Origin: Cyanophora paradoxa CCMP329
Lineage: Eukaryota; Plantae; Glaucophyta
NCBI GenBank assembly: GCA_004431415.1
Contig: QPMI01000374.1
Coordinates: 1 to 34,206, forward strand
Direction: 5' to 3'
DNA: 34,206 nt
Both the position numbers and the translations under genes were made by a program. This document shows, in pieces, positions 20,208 through 30,711 of this stretch. Position 1 is the first letter of the stretch; each line of letters begins with the position of its first letter. The notes beneath the pieces are model-generated. The model was not told the DNA's origin. It did not search any database and saw nothing but the letters and a program-made list of their open reading frames with translations.

Positions 20208-22068
20208 TGCTACATAGTAGATTAACCCATGTTCCCCTTGGAAGAAAATTCCGTTTAGTACTACGGCAGACTCAAACTGCCAGCATTGTCTACGGTGCGA
20301 ACAGTCAAACTCACTGAGTGGAGTGTGCTCCATGGGTGGTCCAGCCTGGGCTACCAACAGTCGTGCCAGCATGTTTGGTAAGTGGGGAACTTGTGAATCG
20401 CAGGCCAGTGGTTGAGTTGTCGCTCTCATTGGTATACTCAATTCGATATGCACTTGAAGGCTGCCAGTGCTGCCTTGACTCACTGTGGTCACTGAGACAG
20501 GCTCCACATGAGAAGGAAAAGTCACTGAGTGATGTATGACTCTGTGACTTCTTAAAAAAAGTAGCGGCAGCCGCTGCCCTTGCCAGTGAGCTTGGAAGTA
20601 TGAAGTGGGAAGATCTGCCACAGAGTGGAGTTTTGTGGCTGAAATTGGGTATCCGGCAGTTCTGTCAATGGAAAGTCCCTTTTTTTTCCTTTTTTCTTCC
20701 TGAAGTGCTGTGGTGCACTGACTGCTCAGTGCCGATTCAGAACCGGTTCGATTCTTGGCAAACAATAAATAATACATTAAACATCTTGGCATGTACAACA
20801 AAAAGAAAAGCATATGTTCCACAATGTACAAACAACAAAACAAGACAAAAAAACAAAAACACAACACTAGCACAACGTTCATACATTCACAACAAACAAA
20901 ACAGAAACTTGCAATTGCCAAATTGAAATTGAAGAGATTGTACTTGCATTTTTTGTTTCACGCAACAAACAACATTCTCTTCTAGATGCCCCAGTGGCAT
21001 CTAGATCTTTATATTGCTCATGATGCATGCATTATTTATCATGGCATCATTGCATGCATAAAATATTGTTGCGTGTTACATGCATGAAATGAAATGATCA
21101 ATGATTGACTTGTTCATGATCAATTCTTCTACAACGTTAACCTTGCCAGGTTGTTTTTGCCAAGTTGTCAATTGAAGTGTTCAATTCTTAAGCTTCTTGC
21201 AATTGTTCATGATCAGTGCTGCAATGAAGCTATATATGTAACTGGCAAGGTGGTGTATTGGGGGTACAGGCAGACTGAGGTACAGGGGTACAAAGCTACA
21301 GGGACTTGGACAGTATATATATCACTGCTGCAATAAATGTTAACGTTCAAGCTTCTTGCCCACTTTCCTGCTAAGAATTGCCCTTGTGTTTGCCAGCCAT
21401 GGCCAGTATTTAACACCAAAACTTGATGTTTGATGACAGATCTAGAACATAAATGATCAAACCTTTGAAATACATTGCATGTGCTTCTTTTGTATTGTTT
21501 TGTGATCACTTCATTGTTTCTGGATCTGTTCTGAAATGCTCTCTTCTTCAGTGCTTCAGCTTCATTTTCGTTCTTTGTAATACGATTGAACCACAAGAGA
21601 TTCATGTGTGCAATTTCAAACTTCTTGCAATTGTTCAGTGCTTTAGCTCTTCTTCTCATCTTCCTGGCTAAAGCTATAGCTAAGAATATGAAATCGCCCT
21701 TTAATTTCTTTGCCAGCCAAGAATTAAACACCAATTGCAAAGCACTTTGTTTCATGACAGACCATAAATGATGAAGCCTAGCTTTGGACTACATTGCATC
21801 TCGTGCATTGTTTCTAGATTACATGATCAGTGTTTAATTTCTACATCTTTCATGCACTCAGATCTGTTCTGTTCTTTATGTTCATGATCAGTGCTTCAGC
21901 TTCTTCTGTTCTGTCTTCACAACTTTAGTACTTCATTCTCATTCTTTGTTCAATTAATAAGTAGTAGTAGTAGTAGTACGTAGAAGAAGAAGAATAGACC
22001 ACAAGAAATCAAAAAAGATTCCTAAATAACACTGGGGGGGTGCGGGGGGGCGGAGCCCCCCTGCTTGT
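20208..22068. mobile_element. Copy 1 of a ~1.85 kb AT-rich, CpG-poor non-autonomous element with a terminal GC hairpin
   Basis: Near-identical to 22160-23993. Begins TGCTACATAGTAG and ends GCGGGGGGGC-GGA-GCCCCCCTGC-TTGT. Composition shifts abruptly at both ends. No TSD seen. Confidence 0.8.
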
Positions 22069-22159
22069 CACAGTGTTTTGCTTTCAACTTCTTTCACCGT
22101 GGCACTTGGAAACCATCATGCCGCGGCCCGGGGCCGCGCCGCGCGGCGGCCGGCGGGCA

Positions 22160-23993
22160 TGCTACATAGTAGATTAACCCATGTTCCCCTTGGAAGAAAA
22201 TTCCGTTTAGTACTACGGCAGACTCAAACTGCCAGCATTGAGAGCGGTGCGAACAGTCAAAGTCACTGACTGGACTGTGCTCCATGGGTGGTCCAGCCTG
22301 GGCTGCCAACAGTCGTGCCAGCATGTTTGGTAAGTGGGGAACTTGTGAATCGCAGGCCAGTGGTTGAGTTGTCGCTCTCATTGGTATACTCAATTCGATA
22401 TGCACTTGAAGGCTGCCAGTGCTGCCTTGACTCACTGTGGTCACTGAGACAGGCTCCACATGAGAAGGAAAAGTCACTGAGTGATGTATGACTCTGTGAC
22501 TTCTTAAAAAAAGTAGCGGCAGCCGCTGCCCTTGCCAGTGAGCTTGGAAGTATGAAGTGGGAAGATCTGCCACAGAGTGGAGTTTTGTGGCTGAAATTGG
22601 GTATCCGGCAGTTCTGTCAATGGAAAGTCCCTTTTTTTCCTTTTTTCTTCCTGAAGTGCTGTGGTGCACTTGATTGCTCAGTGCCGATTCAGAACCGGTT
22701 CGATTCTTGGCAAACAATAAATAATACATTAAACATCTTGGCATGTACAACAAAAAGAAAAGCATATGTTCCACAATGTACAAACAACAAAACAAGACAA
22801 AAAACAAAAAAACACAACACTAACACAACGTTCACACATTCACAACAAACAAAACAGAAACTTGCCAAATTGAAATTGAAGAGATTGTACTTGCATTGTT
22901 TGTTTAACATCTAGATCAGTGGCATCTAGATCTTTACATTGATCATGATGCATGCATTATTCATCATGGCATCATTGCATGCATAAAATATTGTTGCGTG
23001 TTACATGCATGAAATGAAATGATCAATGATTGACTTGTTCATGATCAATTCTTCTACAACCTTGCCAGGTTGTTTTTGCCAAGTTGTCAATTGAAGTGTT
23101 CAATTCTTAAGCTTCTTGCAATTGTTCATGATCAGTGCCGCAATGTGTTGCCAGGCTAGATAGCTGGCAAGGTGGTGTATTGGGGGTACAGGCAGACTGA
23201 GGTACAGGGGTACAAAGCTACAGGGACTTCGACAGTATATCACTGCTGCAATACATGTTAACGTTCAAGCTTCTTGCCCACTTTCCTGCTAAGGATTGCC
23301 CTTGCTTTGCCAGCCATGGCCAGTATTTAACACCAAAACTCGATGTTCGATGACAGATCTAGAACATAAATGATCAAAACTTTGAAATACGTATACATTG
23401 CATGTGCTTCTTTGTATTGTTTTGTGATCACTTCATTGTTTCTGGATCTGTTCTGAAATGCTCTCTTCTTCAGTGCTTCAGCTTCATTTTCGTTCTTTGT
23501 AATACGATTGATCATGAACCACAAGAGATTCATGTGTGCAATTTCAAACTTCTTGCAATTGTTCAGTGCTTTAGCTCTTCTTCTCATCTTCCTGGCTAAA
23601 GCTATAGCTATAGCTAAGAATATCAAATCGCCCTTTAATTTCTTTGCCAGCCAAGAATTAAACACCAATTGCAAAGCACTGTGTTTCATGACAAACCATA
23701 AATGATGAAGCCTCGCTTTGGACTACATTGCATCTCGTGCATTGTTTCCAGATTACATGATCAGTGTTTAATTTCTACATCTTCCATGCACTCACATCTG
23801 TGTTCTTTATGTTCAGTGCTTCAGCTTCTTCTGTTCTGTCTTTACAACTTTAGTACTTCATTCTCATTCTTTGTTCAATTAATAAGTAGTAGTAGTAGAA
23901 GTAGTACGTAGAAGAAGAAGAATAGACCACAAGAAATCAAAGACTCCTAAATAACACTGGGGGGGTGCGGGGGGGCGGAGCCCCCCTGCTTGT
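22160..23993. mobile_element. Copy 2 of the same element (direct orientation, 91-bp spacer)
   Basis: Same termini as copy 1 with different flanking sequence, which defines the boundaries. Confidence 0.8.
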
Positions 23994-24436
23994 GATCATG
24001 ATCACTGACGATCAGCTGACTCACTGAGTCAGTGATGAGCCCCCCGATCATGAATCGCGCGATCCGATGCTCATCTGATGATCCCCATAAACTTCAAGTC
24101 AAACCGTGATCCCCCGGGGCCCTCGGAATTCGAACCTCACGACTCGGCGATCGCCCTTCAAGCTTCAGCGGCATATGCATGCCGCTTGCTATTGGCAATT
24201 CAATGTGGCAATTCATGATTCATTCGATCAGCGGCACTGCGGCATGCCGCGGCCGCTAGCGCTGCAGCTGGCCATGGCGTACTCGGTACCGGTATATATA
24301 TGGGACGAGCCAGAGCAAGTAGGTAAGCGCGCAGTGCACGTGATTGCTTAGCTAGACCTAGAGGAGGGCGAGGGCGGCCGGGCATGACCGCAGGAGGGCG
24401 GTGGGGCGGCCTGCGCTGCACACGCGTGGGGCGGGG

Positions 24437-25646
24437 CTAGCGGATGGGGAGGGTGCGGGAGGGGACGTCGCCGAAGCCGGCGAGGCGGAGCTCCCCCGGG
24501 CGCGCCTCCACCAGCGCGTACTGCCGCCCCCACCCTCGGCCCCCGCGCAGGCTGGGCGGGGCGGGGCGGGGCGGGGCGGACGGCGTTTGAGTGCGGGAGG
24601 GAGTCGACCATCCCCTGCAGGCCCACGTAGTGCACACCGCCCCGCTCCGCGTAGCCCCCGCTGCGCCCCGTCACCCGCCCCCGCGTGGGGGGGGGGGGGG
24701 GGGGGGCGGTGGCGGACGGGTGGTAGTGGCCGGCGAGGACGGCCTTGACGGAGGCGTGCGCCTCGAGGGTCTCCCGCACCTCGCCCGCGTTCCAGCACAC
24801 GTGGTCCCCCCGCGCCGCCTCCGCGAGCAGCGGCAGGTGCGAGAGCACGAGCACGCGCTCCCCCGCAGCGTCGCTCCGCTGCAGCGCATCCTCCACCCAC
24901 TCCAGCTGCTCCCGCCCCACGCCCCCGTTCCACGCCTGCGCGTTCTCGAACTCCGCCAGCGGGTGCGACTCCAGCCACTGCGCGCCCCGCACACGCTGAG
25001 CGCGGGGGCGGGGCGGGGGAGGGGGCGGGGGCGGGGGCGGGGCGGACGGCGCGGGCGGCGGCGTGGCGGGGGGAGTCGGGCGGGGCGTAGAGGGAGACGT
25101 CGAGGGAGTCGAGGACGACGAGGCGCCAGCCGGGCGCCGGGCTCCACTCGTAGAAGAACCCGGGCATCCCCAGCGCGCGCACCAGCTCCTCCTCCCCCAC
25201 CACCAGGTCGTGGTTCCCCACCTGCCGCCCGTCTTAAGCTTCTCGCGCCCGGCGCCCGGCCCCAGCTGGGGCTCGCGGTGACGCGGCCGGCGCACGACGT
25301 GGACGGTGCGGCGACACGGCAGCAGCTTCGCGAAGACGGACATCAAGCGCTCGAAGTCGGCCCGCGTCGCTTCCTGCCGCCGAGCGCGCGCCGCACGTCA
25401 CTCGCCGAGCGCAAGCTGCAGAGGGCGCCGCGCTCTCACCGGCGTGGCGTTTCCATCCACGAGGTCGCCGAGATGGACCGCGAAGTCGGCACGGCTCGCG
25501 TTGATGGCCTCCACGGCCCGCTCCAGGCGCTGCAGCGAGCTCCGGTAGCGCCGGCAGCCGTCCAGCACCACTTTGTCCTCCTTCTCCGCATACTGAACGT
25601 CCGAGATCACCGCGAAGGTGAAGTCCGGCGGCGCGTCGCGCGTCAT
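24437..25646 (-). CDS. ADPRM: Mn2+-dependent ADP-ribose/CDP-alcohol diphosphatase (calcineurin-like metallophosphoesterase), 6 exons
   Basis: FAVISDVQYA; RRYRSSL; HLGDLVDG; VGNHD; WNGGVGREQLEW; LSHLP; LAGHYHPGGY. Confidence 0.88.
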
Positions 25647-26190
25647 CAAACCGCTTCTCTGCGGGGCTTCGCGGCGCAGACCGGCCCGCGGCGCTTCGCT
25701 GCGGTTCTGCGAGGATCTCGAGCTCTTGCGGCTATTCAACTGCGCGCATGCGCATGCAGCGCTTTTGCTCTCAGCTCAGCGGTTGAACGTCGATCTGCTG
25801 CGCTTTAATTTTGCTCTCAGCGGTGAACGTAAGCGTACGAAGGAAAAAGGGGGGGGGGGGACGAGGACGCGGTCGGATCATCGGATCAAATTTGATTTGA
25901 CGTCGACCTGATCATGAGCGGCGCCGCGCGACGCTCGATTCCAGCAGCACGACTCCAAATTGATATATATAGTTTGTTTTCGTATAAGCGGGACAAACCT
26001 GTCCTGTTCGAAAAACTCGCGTTCTAAGGGCGCACAGATAGCGCATGACTGTGCACGCCTTCGGATACCTCTGGCGTACTACGAAAAGAGGGGAAAAAAT
26101 GATCGTTCGTTCGAGGGGCGCGCCTGGCCCCGTGCGCGCAGGGGCGGGCGCGGGGCGCGGATGTGGTGGCGAGGGGGCCGCGGCGCCTCA

Positions 26191-28497
26191 TCAGTTGGAG
26201 GGGGTCATGGGGTTGGAGGCGGGGCGGGGGGACTGGGCGGGGCTGTTCATGGACGCCTTGCGGCTGAGCGGCCGCGGCGGCGGCGACCGCACCGGCGTGT
26301 ACGGCTTGTACTCCGAGAGCGGCCTGCGCCGCCCCAAGTGAGCGCCCCGCCGCCACCCGCCGGACGCCCGCGGGCGGACCCCTGGAGGCTGGCGCGGGGG
26401 TCGGGGAAGCGGTCCGGGGTGCGGGTGCTGTAGCTCGGCATCTGGAGGGCCGTGAGGGGCGGCGGCGGGCCCGGGGCGGGGCGCCGCACGGTGTTCTTCT
26501 TGGTCTCGAAGGCGCCGGGCTTGGCGGAGTAGACGCCGACGGCGGGGGTCTCGCTCTTGGGCTCGGGCAGACGGGGCGTGCTGGAGGTGAACGAGGCGGA
26601 GATGCGCATCTTGTCGGCGCGCAAGGGCGCCTCCACGTCGTACGCCCCCGGGGCGGGGTGCTCGACGGGCGTGCCCACGGGCAGGTCCGTCTTCTTCCCC
26701 GCGCTCTTGAACACCGCCGACGGCTGCCCGCCCCGCACCGTCACCCCCCGCCCCGCCCAGCGCCCCCGCGCGGGGGCTGGGGGGCGCGCGGGCGCCGGGC
26801 GGCACGGCGCGCACCGACTTCTGTGCAGCGCGCTTCTCCTCGGCGGCGCGCGGGTCGTAGGCCCACGGGCCTGCCGCCGGGGTGAGGGAGAGGCGGGGCG
26901 GGGGGAGCGGGGGGCGGGGAGGGGGGGACCGGGGCTGGTGGGGGCGGGCTCCTTGAAGCGCTCGGAGGTCTGCTTGAGGTTGGGGACGTGGTGCTCCTTG
27001 CGCACGTCCTTCGCCTCGTACACCCCCACGGCCGGCGTCTCGCTCTTCGCCTCCTCGAAGCGCGGCAGGTTCGACACGAACGACGCCGAGCTCGGCCGCT
27101 TCTTCTGCTCCGCCTTCACGAACGAGTCCGGGTCGTACCTGCCCCGCCCCGCGTCGACGCAAGCACGCAAGCGCGGCGGAGCGCGGCGGGCGGGGCGGCG
27201 GAGGACGCACGCGCCGGGGGCCGGGTGCTCGACGGGCGTGCCGACGGGCAGGTCGGTCTTCTTCTCGGCGCTCTTGAAGGCCGCTGAGGGGGACTTCTGC
27301 AGACCCCGCGCCGACATCGGGCGGTCGATCTCGTAGACGCCCGGGCCTGCCGGCGGCGGTTCGGCGGGGGAGGCGGGGGCGGGGCGGCGGGCGGCGGACC
27401 GGGCGAGGGTGACTTGGGCTCCTCGAAGCGCGGGGTGGTGGACTTGACGATGCCGCCCTTGAGCTCGAAGCCGGTCTTCTTCACCTCGTAGACGCCCACG
27501 CCGGGCGTCTCGGCCTTGGGCTCCGGCAGCCGCGGCGTCGACGACGTGAACGTCGCCGAGAGCTTCCCCTTCGCCGCTGCCTTCAGCGCCTCCGCCTCGA
27601 TGCTCGGCACGTCGTACCTGCCGCCCCCATCTGTCCACCGCCGCGTGCCCCCGGGACCCGCGAGCGCACTTCCCCGGTGCCGGGCTGCCCTTCTGAGGCG
27701 GGAAGGGATCGTGGGCCGGCTCCTTCGATTTGAACGCGCTCGACGGGCGTTTCCCTTTCTTCGAGCTCTCCTCGGCGATCGTCTTGAACTTCTGGGGCGT
27801 GTCGGAGGGCTGCACACCGACCCGTCAGCTCAACACGCCTTCGAAGCTGGCGCGCATACAATGCGCGCGATCTATCACGCCCAACGCGCGTCATCGCCCC
27901 CTTAAAGTCTTGGCAACTCTCCGGGCTCGGACCAGAAAGTTCCGCCTGCAATCTGAAGGGAAAACATGTGGCAACGAACCTCCAGCGACGCGCGGCGTGC
28001 TTCCTTCTTAGCTTCGATCTCCCGGCTGCGGTGGAAAAGGTCAGCGAAGGAAGCGCGTACGATGCCTTCTGGGCATTTCGCTAGTTCCTTGAAACGCTCG
28101 GATGGAAAGATCGACGGCCCAGGGACAAGGGCCTGGCATTTGCAGCGATCCAGGTTGGGCGCAAAACAAGAAAATGAACCTCAGGCGGAACAAGCGTTCA
28201 TAGCGAGGCACGCCATCGTCGGACTGCCGTGACTTCGTTGTCGGCGTCCGGGGCGGGGAGCTGGAGCGCTCCAGAGCAGGGACGCTGCCGTCGTTCATCG
28301 TTCCGTTCGCAGAAGCAGCGCTGGCCTCCGGCGGGAGCTCGGCTGACTGGAAGGCTTCCCGAGTCTCAGCGCGTACACCACACGAGCGACACCGATGAAA
28401 GGACGAGCTTACGATTAGGAAGCGCTAAATCGTTCGAAGAGAGGGCTGGGACGCTTTTGCGGCTTGAAGAAGACGCTGTCCTCTCCACGCCAGACAT
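26191..28497 (-). CDS. Sperm-tail PG-rich (STPG/SHIPPO) repeat protein, ODF3-like axonemal protein (5' exons tentative)
   Basis: At least 7 P(A/G)(P/V)GxY(D/E) repeats with intervening SAxFxS/STPR(F/L) segments. Confidence 0.78.
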
Positions 28498-28967
28498 CTG
28501 CATTTGCCGCCGCCGCGCCGCGTCAAGGTAATATAATCAAAGCGGAGATGCGTCCTCCAGACCCGGCTACAGCCAGGGGCCCAGGACGCGACGCAGTACT
28601 CACCCGCCACGAGGGGGTACAGTGAATCAGCTCTCTAAGGAAGGCCAGCCCCACCCCGCCCTAGCGGCAGCACACGGTGGGCGAAGATCAAGGCGTCAAA
28701 ACACAGAAGACACGCAGCGGGCGGCTCCCTTTCTAGGACAGGCGCCAACCAACTGGGGAAAGTTGCTTGCGTGAGTTGCTTTGCTTGTGTTGGGCTATCG
28801 CTGCGGCCGATGTCGACGGGGGTCTAACATTACTTCAGGGCTGACGACGACCCTGGTCCCGCTTCTTGAAGGCCGCGCCACATTTCCGCGTGCCAGGCCG
28901 TCGTCCGACGCGGGCACGTATCGTTCAAAGCTCGAGATCAAAGAGGAGAATCGGGACCGAGTGTAGG

Positions 28968-30496
28968 ATGGCGTCTGCGTCCGAGACTCAGAATGGATCG
29001 ATTGCGCCCTACCACAAGAAGGTGCTGCAGCGTAGCTGCACGCGTCCCTCGCACGTCCCTGAAGCTTTCTTCTTCGCTTTCTCTTTTTCCCCAATCGCAG
29101 ATCTGGTACGCGCCGAATAGGTGCGATCGCCCCGAAGTTCTCCCCCGAAGAGGAAGTCTCGCGGCTTACAGCGCCTGGTACAGATTCGAGGCTTACGGAG
29201 AAAGCGAAATCCAAGCTGTGGTTGACTGCCTGAGAGCGGGCCATCTAGCGGGCTTCGGGCCCCTGACAGAGGAGTTCGAGGACCGCGTCGCCAAGCGCTT
29301 CGGGAAGAAGTTCGGCGTCTTCGTCAACTCCGGCTCATCCGCGAACCTCCTCGCGCTTATCGTCGCAGGCGTGCAGGCCGGGGATGAGGTGCCCGCCTCG
29401 CAGTCCGCTCCGCCCGGGGCCGACGCGCTGAGCGGGCGCGCGCAGGTAGTGACCCCGGCGCTCACGTTCGCGACGGTGATCGCGCCGCTGGTGCAGCTCG
29501 GGGCGACGCCGGTGTTCTGCGACGTCGCGCCCCGGCGGTACGTGCCGGACGTTGAGCAAATACTGGCCAAGGTGACGCCCAAGACGCGCGCCCTCTTCAT
29601 CCCGAACCTCGTGGGGAGCAAGCCGGACTGGAAGACGCTGGCGGAGCGGCTGGCGGGGATGGGGCGGAAGGACGTGGTGCTGATCGAGGACTCGTGCGAC
29701 ACGATCACGCACACGGAGTGGTCCCACATCTCGGTGACGAGCTTCTACGCGAGCCACATCATCACCGCCGGCGGCTCGGGCGGCATGCTGATGGTGAACG
29801 AGGAGCGGCAGCGGCGGGACGCGCTGATGTACCGCGACTGGGGCCGCATCGGGAACAACACGGAGGACTTCAGCGAGCGCTTCGGGCACAACGTCGACGG
29901 CATCGAGTACGACTTCAAGTTCCTCTACAAGGCCAGCCCCGCCCGCCCCGCCCCGCCACCCCGCCCCGCCCCGCGTGACCGCCCGGGGGCGCAGGTGCCG
30001 GGCTACAACTTCAAGAGCTCGGAGATGAACGCGGCATTCGGGCTCGCGCAGCTCGCGCGGCTGCCCGAGTTCGAGGCGCGGCGACGCGCCAACATCGACC
30101 GCTTCCTCGAACGGCTGCGGGGCTCGAGCTACACGCTGCCCGACGACGAGGGGAAGTACTCGTGGCTGGCGATGCCGCTGCTGCACCCGGATCGCAAGGC
30201 GGTGCTCCAGTTCCTCGAGGCGCACGACGTGCAGACGCGCGTCTGCTTCGCCGGCAACGTCACGCGCCACCCCGCGTTCCGCCAGTACCTCCAGGACTTC
30301 CCCGAGGCCGACCGGTCCGCCCTGCTCCGCCCCGCCCCGGGGGCCTCGGCGGGGGCGGGGCGGGGCTGAGGGGGGCTGGGGGCGGGGGCGCAGGGTGATG
30401 CGGGAGGGGTTCCTGCTGGGGGCGCACCACGGGATGGCCCTCGCCGACGTCGACCGCGTCTGCGACCTCCTCCTCGCCTTCCGCCCCCACAAGTAG
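28968..30496 (+). CDS. DegT/DnrJ/EryC1/StrS-family PLP enzyme, RfbH(E1)/ColD-like NDP-4-keto-6-deoxyhexose 3-dehydratase, 6 exons
   Basis: KKIWYAPNRFEAYG; FVNSGSSANLLA; GDEVVTPALTF; LIEDSCD; SFYASHIITAGGSGG; RDWGR; GYNFK; RVCFAGNVTRHPAF; GFLLGAHHG. Confidence 0.88.
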
Positions 30497-30711
30497 CCCG
30501 CCCCCGCCCCCGCGCCCCCGCCCCCGCCCCCCTCTCAACCCCGCCCCCTACCCAACTCCCCGGAGGGGCGGTTGCCGGCGCCCGCCCGCGGCACTGCCCG
30601 CCAGCCGCCCGGGCCGCCCCCTCCGAGCGCTCCGGCGCACGCAGTGCCGCGCGGGCGCCTGCCACGCGGTTTTCTAATGTGCAGTATATTTCAATAGAGG
30701 GCTTCTCCGAG

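Noticed and set aside
20082-22914. ORFs of 279 and 237 aa within the AT-rich element as a transposase or Fanzor
   Set aside because: No RuvC, HUH, DDE or RT motifs. The N-termini come from low-complexity A/C tracts, and frames differ between the copies.
20208-23993. The two copies as the LTR pair of one retroelement (TRIM/LARD)
   Set aside because: No TG...CA ends, no recognisable PBS or PPT in the 91-bp spacer, and no TSD. Not fully excluded.
6199-28497. A flagellar gene cluster (CatSper, WDR31, STPG)
   Set aside because: The genes are interspersed with unrelated housekeeping genes, and the density is plausible by chance in a flagellate.
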